From positions 1-51,652 of the forward strand of contig CAMAVZ010000014.1 in the NCBI GenBank assembly GCA_945861645.1: 51,652 nt of DNA, written 5' to 3'. The notes beneath the pieces were generated by a model that made no database searches, was not told the DNA's origin, and worked only from the letters and a program-made list of their open reading frames with translations. The position numbers and the translations under genes are program-made. This stretch comes from Opitutus sp. GAS368 (GTDB lineage: Bacteria > Verrucomicrobiota > Verrucomicrobiia > Opitutales > Opitutaceae). This document shows positions 9,556 through 18,976 of the stretch, piece after piece. The stretch's first letter is position 1. Every line of letters begins with the position of its first letter.

Positions 9556-11238
9556 TCAAGCAACCCGACGACGCCAGCACCGACCGAGGGCCCAACAGCT
9601 CAGCACCACGCCGAACCAAAGACTGGGGGCGCCGCCACCGCCACCGCCGCCACCGCTACTAGGAGCAGGCGAGGGCGGGACCACTACCGGAGCGGGGGTG
9701 ACGGTTAATGTCGCGCTCGTGCTGGTGACGCTGCCCGCCGTGGTCGTGAGCTTGACGGTGTAATCGCCGGCGTTGCTCGTTTGGACATTGCTCAAACTCA
9801 GCGTGGAGCTCGTGGCTCCGCTCAGGGCGGCATTACCGAGCGACCATTGATACGCGATGGAGTTGGTGCCCGCCGTGGCGGTAACGCTGAAAACAACATT
9901 GGTGCCCGCCGTAGCCGTGGCGCTGGCCGGCTGTGTCGTGATTGCCGGCAGCGTATTAACGGTGAGCGTGGCGGCGCTGCTGGTCACGGCGCCGATGGAA
10001 TTACTGACCGTCACCGTGTAGCTGCCCGCGTCGCCACTGGCGGGCGAGGCGATGGTGTAGGTGGCCGCATTGGCTCCGCTGATACCGTTGACGCCTTTCT
10101 GCCACTGGTAGGTCGGGGTAGGATTGCCCGTGGCCACGACACTAAAGGCAACCGAGGTGCCAGCCGTTACCGTTTTATTCTCGGGTTGAGTCGTAATAAC
10201 AGGCGCGCTGCCGATCGCGATTGTCGTGCTGCTAAGATTAAGCGTCAGGCCGGAGGAGTCAGCGTCGAAACCATCGACGGCGAGGTAATAAGTAGTGCCG
10301 CCGACCGCGTTGAAAGTAACGGTGCTCGCCTGTACTACTCCTTGATCAATATCATCGTTAGAGGCGATCGTGATTAAACTGGCGAGGGCGGTTCCCGTAT
10401 AAATTCCCAGCGTGGTGTCCGAGTAACTGCCGCGGGTATCGATGGTGATCGCCCCGCTGCTCGGGGCAGCCCATTTCCACCACACAGAATGGCCGCCGGC
10501 ATTGTCGGCGTGGCGGGGCTCGCCGATTTCTTTGGTGGCATTGGTGTTGTAACCGGTAACTTTAGCCGTGCCGTTGCTGAGCACGACGGCGATGGCGTTC
10601 GCAAATTTGTCATGAGCGGGAATGCCAAGAGGGCCGTACAGATTCTGCGCCCCATCGGTGTCGTCTGATGTGATGGTATCGATGGTGCTCACGCGACTAT
10701 TCATGACGGCGTTGACCGTCTGAGCATCCTCATCCGGATGATCGAGTCCGAGGGAGTGCCCTAGTTCGTGGATGGCGACGCGCTGCAAGTCGACGATCCC
10801 AGTGCGTTTCACGCCGCGGTAGGAGTCCCACGTGTATTTTGTGTTAAAGACAATATCTGACTCGGTGCGTCGATTGCCGCTGTACCATGTGGTGGTGACT
10901 GCCAGCGTGGTATCGCCGAAAGCTTTGCCAAAAATATCAGCGGCAAAGGTCATTTCATTTAAGCGATTACGATCCGTGGCCTCAGCGGCGGTAGCGAGTT
11001 GGGGGTTGAATTTAAAATTACCGATCACGGCGTTCCATGTTTCCGCAGCGACTTGCGTGCTTGTATTATAGTTGCTGCCGTCGATTAAGGTCGAGGTCGA
11101 CCCGAGCAACACCCGCATCGTGACCTGGCCCGGATTCCACTTGATGGGCAGACCGGTATTTTTGTTTATAATAAAAGAGAAACCCCACGCCTTAGGCGCA
11201 AGACAGACCAAGAGAAGGAGGGCAAAAAAGCGGGCCAC
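9556..11238 (-). CDS. Matrixin (M10/MMP-like) zinc metalloprotease with beta-sandwich domain, two Ig-like domains and a GlyGly-CTERM sorting tail
   Basis: Signal peptide; HELGHSLGLDH zinc motif; Met-turn AVMNS; two P(V/A)ITTQP...YQW...AGxYTV Ig repeats; tail SSGGGGGGGAPSLWFGVVLSCWALGRCWRRRVA. Confidence 0.88.
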   Translation of the reverse strand: MARFFALLLLVCLAPKAWGFSFIINKNTGLPIKWNPGQVTMRVLLGSTSTLIDGSNYNTSTQVAAETWNAVIGNFKFNPQLATAAEATDRNRLNEMTFAADIFGKAFGDTTLAVTTTWYSGNRRTESDIVFNTKYTWDSYRGVKRTGIVDLQRVAIHELGHSLGLDHPDEDAQTVNAVMNSRVSTIDTITSDDTDGAQNLYGPLGIPAHDKFANAIAVVLSNGTAKVTGYNTNATKEIGEPRHADNAGGHSVWWKWAAPSSGAITIDTRGSYSDTTLGIYTGTALASLITIASNDDIDQGVVQASTVTFNAVGGTTYYLAVDGFDADSSGLTLNLSSTTIAIGSAPVITTQPENKTVTAGTSVAFSVVATGNPTPTYQWQKGVNGISGANAATYTIASPASGDAGSYTVTVSNSIGAVTSSAATLTVNTLPAITTQPASATATAGTNVVFSVTATAGTNSIAYQWSLGNAALSGATSSTLSLSNVQTSNAGDYTVKLTTTAGSVTSTSATLTVTPAPVVVPPSPAPSSGGGGGGGGAPSLWFGVVLSCWALGRCWRRRVA

Positions 11239-11242
11239 GGGA

Positions 11243-11857
11243 TTATTTGGCCAATTCCGTTGTCGCCTCGGCGCGCGCGCCCACGGCGCGGATTTTCTGC
11301 GTGAAGGCGGCAGTCGTCATCGGCCGAGCTTGGGGGTTTAAGCGTTTGACCGCATCCCAACTCATTAGGGGCAGAGCGACATCCTGCTCGCTGTAAAGCG
11401 GCAGCCCATTGCTGCGTAGAATCAATTCTTGGCCGGATTGAGCTTCTTTATAAACCACATACAGTCCGTGCATGATACCGACTAGGGGGTAGATTTGCTG
11501 GCCGTTGCCTTGCACAAAAAGAATATTTTCCTCGCCGAGGTGAAATTTCGGCGCGCCCTCGATCACGAGTTCTTCCGCGCCGATGCGGCCCCCGACAAAT
11601 TCCAGTACCAGCGGTTGCGGTGGGGTGCCTTTGATGATCTCGCGTAACTCTAAGGTGACTTTGCTCAGGATGTAAGGGCGGCCCTGATTATCCCGCCATT
11701 CGGGGGTGATGGACGTGATCACCCCGCGCACGACGTAATCAGCCTGACCGACCAATTGTTCAAAATTCGGCGCTTCCACGCTCGTGGCATTACCAGGTGC
11801 CGTGAACAGCCCTAGTCCGGCGATCATTCCCAACATATTCATCAAACGAAAAGACAT
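11243..11857 (-). CDS. Secreted hypothetical protein, possible OB-fold (TIMP/NTR-like) partner of the matrixin
   Basis: Signal peptide ending ...PGNA, then LVGQADYVVRGVI...VTLELREIIKG...GG...GAPKF.LGEENILF; stop lies 4 nt before the matrixin start. Start set at MSFR because the ATG at 11902 abuts the -10 box. Confidence 0.75.
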   Translation of the reverse strand: MSFRLMNMLGMIAGLGLFTAPGNATSVEAPNFEQLVGQADYVVRGVITSITPEWRDNQGRPYILSKVTLELREIIKGTPPQPLVLEFVGGRIGAEELVIEGAPKFHLGEENILFVQGNGQQIYPLVGIMHGLYVVYKEAQSGQELILRSNGLPLYSEQDVALPLMSWDAVKRLNPQARPMTTAAFTQKIRAVGARAEATTELAK

Positions 11858-11903
11858 AGGGCGGTAAGGGGATGGAGCGTTTTTTATCTGAGCTACTGGC
11901 ATT

Positions 11904-11931
11904 ATTCTAGTCGAGAAATACGCTTCGTCAA
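11904..11931 (-). promoter_or_regulatory. Near-consensus sigma70 promoter for the three-gene protease cassette
   Basis: Minus strand TTGACG-16 nt-TAGAAT. Confidence 0.6.
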
Positions 11932-11965
11932 ACAGGCTGAGGTAAATAAATTGAATCGTGAAAAA

Positions 11966-13537
11966 TTAGCCGAGCCGAGTCGCCACTTCGATCACATCAT
12001 GCGGGGAGGCTTCTTTTTGGCCGGCGGGGGTGACGCGGACATAGCGAGCTTTAGTGCGAAGTTCGGTTAAATTTTTGGCGCCAAGATAGCCCATGCCGCT
12101 CTGCACGCCCCCGATGAGGGTGCCGAGGACGTCGTCGACGGAGCCAGAAACTTCCTTGAGGGCCTCGATGCCCTCGGCGGCGACTTTGCGGGCAGGGTCA
12201 TTTTTATCGTGACCATAACGGGCGGCGGAACCGGCTTTCATGGCCGCGTGGCTGCCCATCCCTCGGTATTGTTTATAGATTTTACCCGAAATTTCCATGA
12301 TTTCACCTGGCGCCTCGCGGCAACCGGCCAAGAGGCCACCGAGAATGACGGCATCGGCGAGGGTGAGGGCTTTGACGATGTCGCCGGATTTCGTCATACC
12401 GCCGTCGGCGATGAGGTGGACGCCGAGTTTTGCGGCGTTGCGACCGGCCACGTGTAAAGCGGTGAGCTGAGGAATGCCCACTCCGGCCACGATGCGGGTG
12501 GTGCAGATGGATCCAGGGCCTTGGCCAATTTTGATGGCATTAGCTCCCGCGCGGGAGAGGAACTCGACGCCCGCTCCGCTGGTGACGTTACCGGCAATAA
12601 TGGTGAGATCCTTGAAGGCATCGCGAATGAGCTTTACCATATCGCCGACCCCAGCGGTGTGGCCATGCGCGGTGGAAATCGCTACGGCGTCGATCGCTTC
12701 ATCGACTAATTCGCTGACGTGCGTGATAATTTTTTTGCGATCAAGTTCCCCGTTGGGTAAACGCACCGGAGAGATGGCGGCGCCGACCACGAGACGAAAA
12801 TTTGCGTCGCGGGCGGGTTTGCGTCGTGACTTTGCTTCGCTGGTGATGCGTTCGACATCCGAGCTGGTGACCAGTCCCCGGAGGTGATCTTTATCATCAA
12901 CGACGAGCATTTTGTGAATGCCGACATTGAGGGTGAAAAAGCGATCCGCTTCTTTGATAGGATCCGCCGCCATGTGCTTTTCCTGAACCGTGATGAGTTG
13001 CTTGCGCGGGGTCATCACCTCGGAAACTTTCTTGGACTTGTAACGGTCTTTAACGAGATTGCCGGAGAGCAAGCCGGCGAGCTTGCCGGATTTCTCCACC
13101 ACGGGAAAGGTGCGAAAATCGAAACGCTTTTGGTCGATCATCGCCAGCACTTCGCTGACATACGCGTCAGGGGAAACGGTGATGGGATCTTGAATGAGGC
13201 CGTGGATGTGGCGTTTGACGCGAGCGACTTCCTTGATCTGGTCCGAGTGCGGAAGATTATAGTGGATGAGTCCGAGTCCGCCATTGAGCGCCATGGCGAT
13301 GGCCATCCGGGACTCGGTGACCGTGTCCATGTCAGACGAGATGATGGGAATTTGCAGCCGCAGGCTATCCGATAGCGCGGTGCTCAAGTCAGTGTCCTTT
13401 GGCAAAATCTCGGAATGCAGCGTCGCGAGGGAGACGTCATCAAACGTCAGGGCGCTCGGCAAGTTGGCGGCGAAGAAGCGATCGGCAGGCAGGTAAAAAT
13501 CCGAGTCGCTGGCGGAGGGGGCAACAGGCTTAGTCAT
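11966..13537 (-). CDS. guaB: Inosine-5'-monophosphate dehydrogenase with CBS pair
   Basis: [25 protein letters not shown] (catalytic Cys), IADGG, YRGMGS. Start set at MTKP. Confidence 0.95.
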   Translation of the reverse strand: MTKPVAPSASDSDFYLPADRFFAANLPSALTFDDVSLATLHSEILPKDTDLSTALSDSLRLQIPIISSDMDTVTESRMAIAMALNGGLGLIHYNLPHSDQIKEVARVKRHIHGLIQDPITVSPDAYVSEVLAMIDQKRFDFRTFPVVEKSGKLAGLLSGNLVKDRYKSKKVSEVMTPRKQLITVQEKHMAADPIKEADRFFTLNVGIHKMLVVDDKDHLRGLVTSSDVERITSEAKSRRKPARDANFRLVVGAAISPVRLPNGELDRKKIITHVSELVDEAIDAVAISTAHGHTAGVGDMVKLIRDAFKDLTIIAGNVTSGAGVEFLSRAGANAIKIGQGPGSICTTRIVAGVGIPQLTALHVAGRNAAKLGVHLIADGGMTKSGDIVKALTLADAVILGGLLAGCREAPGEIMEISGKIYKQYRGMGSHAAMKAGSAARYGHDKNDPARKVAAEGIEALKEVSGSVDDVLGTLIGGVQSGMGYLGAKNLTELRTKARYVRVTPAGQKEASPHDVIEVATRLG

Positions 13538-13726
13538 TGTTGCCCAGAACGAGATACGCCCGCTGCGACAAAGCTCAAACAAAAACCACGCCGCGGCTTA
13601 TTCGTTGGGAATGAGTGAGTAGTGTAAGAGAAAATCCCTAGATAAGTTGAAGATAAATTTGAAAAATTAGCTTGATGGCTAGTTGCCTTCTTTCGGTGGA
13701 TTCTGTGTGTTCGCCGGTGCTCACTC

Positions 13727-14728
13727 ATGGTTTATCTTTTTGAGTTCAAACGCTATTGTCAGCCGCTGCAGGTGCCGCTGCGGACCGCGCATGGCGTCTG
13801 GGCGGAGCGGGAGGGCTTGATTATCAGGCTGGAGGATGAGTCCGGGCAAGTGGGCTACGGGGAGATTGCGCCGATTCCATGGTTTGGCACGGAAACAGTG
13901 GCGGAGGCGGAGGAGATTTGCCGAAAATTTGGTGATCAGATAGACGACGCTCTTTGTGCTGCGGTACCGCTGTCGTTCGGTTGCGTACGTTTTGCCCTCG
14001 CGGCCGCTCGGGCGGAAAAAATAGCTGACGCCTCCGTCGCCAAGTTGCGGTTACCGGTAGCGGCTTTGTTGCCCGCGGGGCGCGCGGCGCTCACAATTTT
14101 ATCGGCTAAACTCGAGGCCGGCTTCTTGGCGTTTAAATGGAAGGTGGGGGTGGGCCAGGCTGATGATGAGCTTGGGCTGCTCGACGATTTATTGGCTCGT
14201 TTGCCCGCCCACGTGAAATTGCGCCTCGATGCTAATGGCAGTTGGACTCGCCGGCAGGCGCAACAGTGGTTGGAGCGCTGCGCGGATCGGCCGATTGAAT
14301 TTATTGAACAGCCAGTCGCACCAACCGAAGAAGATACGCTGCTGGGATTGGTGCGTGATTATCCGGTGACATTGGCGCTGGATGAATCGGTCGTGCGACT
14401 GAATGAGGCGCGCCGTTGGCAAGGGCTCGGTTGGCCGGGGGTGTTTGTGATAAAGCCGGCCCTCGTTGGTCCATTACCCGAATTGGCGGAATGGATTATT
14501 ACGAGCAAAGCAGATGTAGTAATTTCTAGTGCGATCGAAAGTGCCCTGGCGCGCCATTCGATCTTGCGGCTGGTGCTGACGCAGTCGCTCACGCAACGCG
14601 CGCTGGGCTTTGGGCTCGGCGAGATGTTTGGTGAACGGGCTTGGGATGGAGCGATCCTGGGGCCCTTGGCTGACGGCACGCTTTTCACCGCTAATCCGGG
14701 GGAGGCTTTATGGAACGAGCTGAGCTGA
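13727..14728 (+). CDS. menC: o-succinylbenzoate synthase
   Basis: Enolase superfamily: GYGEIAP, FKWKVG, LRLDANG, IEQP, ALDES, VIKP; overlaps menE. Confidence 0.85.
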   Translation: MVYLFEFKRYCQPLQVPLRTAHGVWAEREGLIIRLEDESGQVGYGEIAPIPWFGTETVAEAEEICRKFGDQIDDALCAAVPLSFGCVRFALAAARAEKIADASVAKLRLPVAALLPAGRAALTILSAKLEAGFLAFKWKVGVGQADDELGLLDDLLARLPAHVKLRLDANGSWTRRQAQQWLERCADRPIEFIEQPVAPTEEDTLLGLVRDYPVTLALDESVVRLNEARRWQGLGWPGVFVIKPALVGPLPELAEWIITSKADVVISSAIESALARHSILRLVLTQSLTQRALGFGLGEMFGERAWDGAILGPLADGTLFTANPGEALWNELS

Positions 14729-15954
14729 GTGACGCGCTGCGGCCCTGGCGGAGTCGCGATCACAGCGGGCAGTCTGTGGCCCGAACGTATATTGCGGAAG
14801 TTCAGCCAGAAAAATTTATGACCGCCTTCGCTGACGCGGTCGCCGGCTCGGGCGAAATTTTTTTAGGAAATCCGGCGTGGGGAGAGACGGAGCGGGCTTC
14901 GTGGGCCGCGCTCCGTACGGCGGGTGTCGGGACAGCTCCTGCGGCCGGCTTGCCCTTGGGTTGGCTCGGTATTCCTACTGGCGGGACGAGTGGTCAGTTA
15001 AAATTTGCGCGGCACGATCACGAAACCTTAAGCGCAGCGGTGCGCGGTTTCACCCAGCATTTCGGTTTAACGCAGGTGAACGCCGTGGGGGTTTTGCCCC
15101 TGTATCATGTGGGTGGATTAATGGCCTGGTTGCGGTGTGCGCTGACGGGCGGAACCTATCTGGCGTGGGATTGGAAGGCCTTGGAAGGGGGCGGGCGCCC
15201 CGTGCTGCCGGCACGTGCGGAAGGTTGGCTGCTATCGCTCGTGCCGACTCAATTAGAGCGGCTCTTGTCCAGTGCCGACGCGGTGGCTTGGCTCCGTCAG
15301 TTTCGCATAATTTTTATCGGTGGGGCACCGGCGCGGCCCGATTTATTAGAGCAGGCCGCGGCGCTGCGGCTTCCGTTGTCCTTAGGGTACGGCATGACCG
15401 AGACCGCTGCCATGGTAACCGCATTGCGGCCGCAAGATTTTCTGGCGGGTGCTCGGCATAGTGGCGCGGCTCTGCCACATGCCACCTTGAAGTTGGGATC
15501 TGACGGAGTGATCAAAATTGAGAGCGCGTCATTGTTTCGGGGTTATTATCCGGCATGGCGGGAAGTCGCCGCTTTTGAAACGACGGACGATGGGGTGCAG
15601 CCCGCACCTGGGCAGTGGCAGATTTTAGGCCGACGTGATGCGATGATTATCACGGGTGGCGAAAAAGTGTCACCGGTGGAGGTCGAGGCAGTTTTGCGGG
15701 GTAGTGGCGAATTGCGCGACGTCGTTGTCGTCGGAGTGCCCGATCCTGAGTGGGGGCAGCGAGTCGTCGCCGCTTACCCTGATTCTGAACGGCCGAATCT
15801 GGCTAAATTAGCTGCGGTCATCACGCAGTTGCTCGCGCCGGCCCAGCGCCCGAAGCAATTCGTTCCGCTGGGGAGTTGGCCGGTGTCGACGGTGGGTAAA
15901 GTGAATCGGGCCGCGGTCGCTGAGTTGGTCCGCCGGGCGCTCATTGCGTCCTGA
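14710..15954 (+). CDS. menE: o-succinylbenzoate-CoA ligase (short AMP-binding enzyme)
   Basis: PTGGTSGQLK, LPLYHVGGL, SLVPTQL, YGMTET, GRRDAMIITGGEKV, DPEWGQ. Confidence 0.82.
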   Translation: MERAELSDALRPWRSRDHSGQSVARTYIAEVQPEKFMTAFADAVAGSGEIFLGNPAWGETERASWAALRTAGVGTAPAAGLPLGWLGIPTGGTSGQLKFARHDHETLSAAVRGFTQHFGLTQVNAVGVLPLYHVGGLMAWLRCALTGGTYLAWDWKALEGGGRPVLPARAEGWLLSLVPTQLERLLSSADAVAWLRQFRIIFIGGAPARPDLLEQAAALRLPLSLGYGMTETAAMVTALRPQDFLAGARHSGAALPHATLKLGSDGVIKIESASLFRGYYPAWREVAAFETTDDGVQPAPGQWQILGRRDAMIITGGEKVSPVEVEAVLRGSGELRDVVVVGVPDPEWGQRVVAAYPDSERPNLAKLAAVITQLLAPAQRPKQFVPLGSWPVSTVGKVNRAAVAELVRRALIAS

Positions 15955-15966
15955 TGCTATCGCAAA

Positions 15967-15995
15967 GGGTGGCGCCGACCCCGCCGCTATTTTTT
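15967..15995 (+). terminator. Putative intrinsic terminator after menE
   Basis: GGTGGCG/CGCCGCT stem (with G-U pairs) followed by ATTTTTT. Confidence 0.5.
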
Positions 15996-16032
15996 CTCTG
16001 TATTCAGGAAAATCTCTGATTAGTTTTAGGGT

Positions 16033-17793
16033 GTGAATAAAACTGAAATCGCCGCGGTGCTCACCGAGATTGGTACAATGATGGAATTGAAGGGAGAGAA
16101 TCCCTTTAAAATTCGCGCCTATCAGGCGGGGGCTCGTTTGCTGGAGACCCTCAGCGAGGAGGAAATAGCGACGCGCGTCGCGGCCGGGACGCTCGATGAA
16201 GTGAAGGGTATTGGCGAAGCGCTGGCCCAAAAAATTACGGAACTACACACCACGGGCGCATTGGAATTTCATGCAACGCTCAAGGCTTCAATCCCCGCCG
16301 GCTTATTCGATATTTTATCGATCCCCGGGGTTGGTCCGAAGAAAATTCACGCCCTGCGGGACCAGCTCGGCATCGATTCCATTGCGAAATTGCAGCAAGC
16401 TTGTCTCGATGGACGCATTGCCGAACTCGCTGGCTTTGGGAATAAATCTCAGGAGAAAATCCTCGAAGGCATTCGCAATCGGGAAAAATATGGTCGGCGG
16501 CATCGGTGGGCCGATGCCTTTGTTGTGGCCGAGCCCATTCTCGCCGGCTTGCGTCAGCTACCCCAGGTGTTGCGGGCAGAGCATGCCGGTAGTTTGCGGC
16601 GCCGCATGGAGACGGTGGGGGATTTGGATTTTCTGGTGGCGACGAACGATCCCCAGCCGGTGACCGCTTGGTTTGTGGCGTGTCCGGGAGTTGTTGAAAT
16701 TACGGCCCACGGAGAAACGAAAGCGAGCGTGCGCCTCGCTTCTGGGATTCAGGCGGATTTACGGTTGGTGCCGCCCGAGCAATTTATTTTTGCGCTGCAT
16801 CATTTCACGGGGTCGAAAGATCACAATGTCGCGATGCGGCATCGGGCCTTGCAGCGCGGCTTATCGATGAGCGAATGGGGGCTCGTGCCCTCAGCCGGGG
16901 AGGGCACCGCCAAGGAGAAGGCCGAAGTTCGCGGCCGCCAGACGGAGATCACGTCTGAAGAACAACTTTTTAGCGCTTTGGCTTTGGCTTTTATTCCTCC
17001 CGAGTTGCGCGAAGGGCTGGGGGAGATCGAGGCCGCCGAAAGTAATACGCTGCCGCGTTTGGTGGAAGCGGGTGACATTCGGGGTGTTTTCCATAATCAC
17101 ACCACCGCTTCGGATGGACATAATACGCTCGAGGAAATGACCGCGGCGGCCCAAGCCCTCGGCTTTGACTATCTCGGCATTGCGGATCATTCCAAATCAA
17201 GCGTGCAGGCCCGCGGTTTGACTGAAGAGCGACTGCGCGAGCAAATCGCCGCGATTAAAAAACTCAACGCAACGGGGCAATTTAAGTGTCATGTCTTCAG
17301 TGGCACGGAATGCGATATTTTGCCGGACGGTCGGCTCGATTTTTCTGACGAATTATTGGCCGAGCTTGATTACGTGGTGGTGTCGGTGCACAGCGCCTTC
17401 AACCAAGGGCGGGATGGAATGACGGCGCGCATAATTCGGGCGATTGAAAATCCCCAGACCACGATGCTGGGCCATTTGACCGGGCGGTTGTTGTTGGAAC
17501 GCGAAGGCTATGAGGTCGATACCGAGAAGGTTATTGCGGCGGCGATCGCCCATCATGTCATCATCGAGTTGAATGCCAGTCCTTGGCGGCTAGATCTGGA
17601 TTGGCGTTTCTGGCGCCAAGCCGCGGAGCGTGGGCTACTGTGCTCGATTAATCCCGATGCCCACCGGACTACGGGGCTGGCAGATTTTCGCGTTGGTGTG
17701 AGTGCCGCCCGCAAGGGCTGGTTAACGCCGGCACACATTCTTAACACTCGGCCCTTGACTGAAGTGCAGCGGTGGCTCGCGGCGCGGCGCTAA
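16033..17793 (+). CDS. polX: DNA polymerase X with PHP 3'-5' exonuclease domain
   Basis: GENPFKIRAY, HhH motifs, AGSLRR..ETVGDLDFL, ADLR, HFTGSKDHN; PHP motifs HNHTTASDG, DHS, NPDAH. Confidence 0.93.
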   Translation: MNKTEIAAVLTEIGTMMELKGENPFKIRAYQAGARLLETLSEEEIATRVAAGTLDEVKGIGEALAQKITELHTTGALEFHATLKASIPAGLFDILSIPGVGPKKIHALRDQLGIDSIAKLQQACLDGRIAELAGFGNKSQEKILEGIRNREKYGRRHRWADAFVVAEPILAGLRQLPQVLRAEHAGSLRRRMETVGDLDFLVATNDPQPVTAWFVACPGVVEITAHGETKASVRLASGIQADLRLVPPEQFIFALHHFTGSKDHNVAMRHRALQRGLSMSEWGLVPSAGEGTAKEKAEVRGRQTEITSEEQLFSALALAFIPPELREGLGEIEAAESNTLPRLVEAGDIRGVFHNHTTASDGHNTLEEMTAAAQALGFDYLGIADHSKSSVQARGLTEERLREQIAAIKKLNATGQFKCHVFSGTECDILPDGRLDFSDELLAELDYVVVSVHSAFNQGRDGMTARIIRAIENPQTTMLGHLTGRLLLEREGYEVDTEKVIAAAIAHHVIIELNASPWRLDLDWRFWRQAAERGLLCSINPDAHRTTGLADFRVGVSAARKGWLTPAHILNTRPLTEVQRWLAARR

Positions 17794-17903
17794 TTGGACT
17801 CTTTTGTTAAATAGGATGAGGGCTTTGGGGTGGGTCACAGCCGGAGAGAAGGCAGGAAATGAGAATTGAACATTGGTCGCTGAACTTTCATCACTCTTAG
17901 GCC

Positions 17904-18947
17904 ATGATTAAATCTGCCCTGATTACTGGTATTACCGGCCAAGATGGATCTTACCTCGCGGAGCATCTTTTGGCGCACGGCTATACGGTGCACGGTCTGG
18001 TGCGCCGAGCCAGTATGTTCAACCGCTCGCGTATCGATCATCTGCGTACGGGGGGCCAGATTTCGCCTGAACGTCTCGTCTTACACTATGGCGACCTCAA
18101 TGACCTCACCTCTCTGCGTCGCCTGCTGAAACAGGTCGCGCCGGCGGAAGTTTATCATTTGGCCGGGCAAAGTCATGTGGGCCTTAGTTTTGAAATTCCT
18201 GAAGTGACGGTGCAAGAAAATGGCATGGCGACCCTTGGCCTGCTTGAAGCCCTGCGCGACCTCGATTATCCGGTGCGCTTTTATCATGCGGCCAGCGCGG
18301 AAATTTTTGGGGCACCGGCCGCCGCCCCGCAGACGGAAGCTACGGCCTTTAATCCGGTTAATCCTTATGGTTGCGCCAAGGCTTTTGCGACCCAGCTATG
18401 CCGAGTTTATCGTAGCGCTTACGGCGTATTTGCGTGTAGCGGCATCGCCTACAATCATGAATCGCCGCGGCGTGGTGAGAATTTTGTGACGCGAAAGATC
18501 ACGCTCGGCGCGGCGCGGATTAAAGCGGGTCGGCAAGCGGTGCTGGCTTTGGGTAATTTGGCGGGGCAACGTGATTGGGGTTATGCCCCCGAATATGTGG
18601 TCGCGATGTGGCAGGCGCTGCAAGTGGCCACGCCGCGCGACTATGTGCTGGCTACGGGAAAAAGTTGCTCGATCCGAGAGTTCGCCATCGCCGCCTTTGC
18701 GGAACTGGGGCTCGGTTTGAAATTTGAAGGCGAAGGCGTCGCGGAGGTTGGTCGCCGCCCAGATACCGGAGCGGTCGTGGTGCAAGTGGATCCCCGCTTC
18801 TTCCGTCCCGCTGAATCAACCCACTTAGTCGGCGATGCTTCCTTGGCTCGGCAGGAATTGGGCTGGACGCCCCAAGTGACCGGCGCGGCCGTGGCGCGGC
18901 TGATGGCGCGAGCGGATTTTGCCCACGAACAAAAAACTAACGGGTGA
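17904..18947 (+). CDS. gmd: GDP-mannose 4,6-dehydratase
   Basis: ALITGITGQDGSYLAE, QSHV, PYGCAK, NHESPRRGENFVTRKI, RDWG. Confidence 0.95.
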   Translation: MIKSALITGITGQDGSYLAEHLLAHGYTVHGLVRRASMFNRSRIDHLRTGGQISPERLVLHYGDLNDLTSLRRLLKQVAPAEVYHLAGQSHVGLSFEIPEVTVQENGMATLGLLEALRDLDYPVRFYHAASAEIFGAPAAAPQTEATAFNPVNPYGCAKAFATQLCRVYRSAYGVFACSGIAYNHESPRRGENFVTRKITLGAARIKAGRQAVLALGNLAGQRDWGYAPEYVVAMWQALQVATPRDYVLATGKSCSIREFAIAAFAELGLGLKFEGEGVAEVGRRPDTGAVVVQVDPRFFRPAESTHLVGDASLARQELGWTPQVTGAAVARLMARADFAHEQKTNG

Positions 18948-18976
18948 AATGAGCGCGGATTGAGCTAGCTCCCTTT

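Noticed and set aside
9700-10210. Repeated sequence inside the matrixin gene
   Set aside because: Explained by two tandem Ig-like domains; not a DNA repeat array.
16033-17793. PolX as a possibly inactive variant or defence gene
   Set aside because: Catalytic Asp residues (GDLD, ADLR) and PHP metal ligands are intact, and the context is housekeeping.
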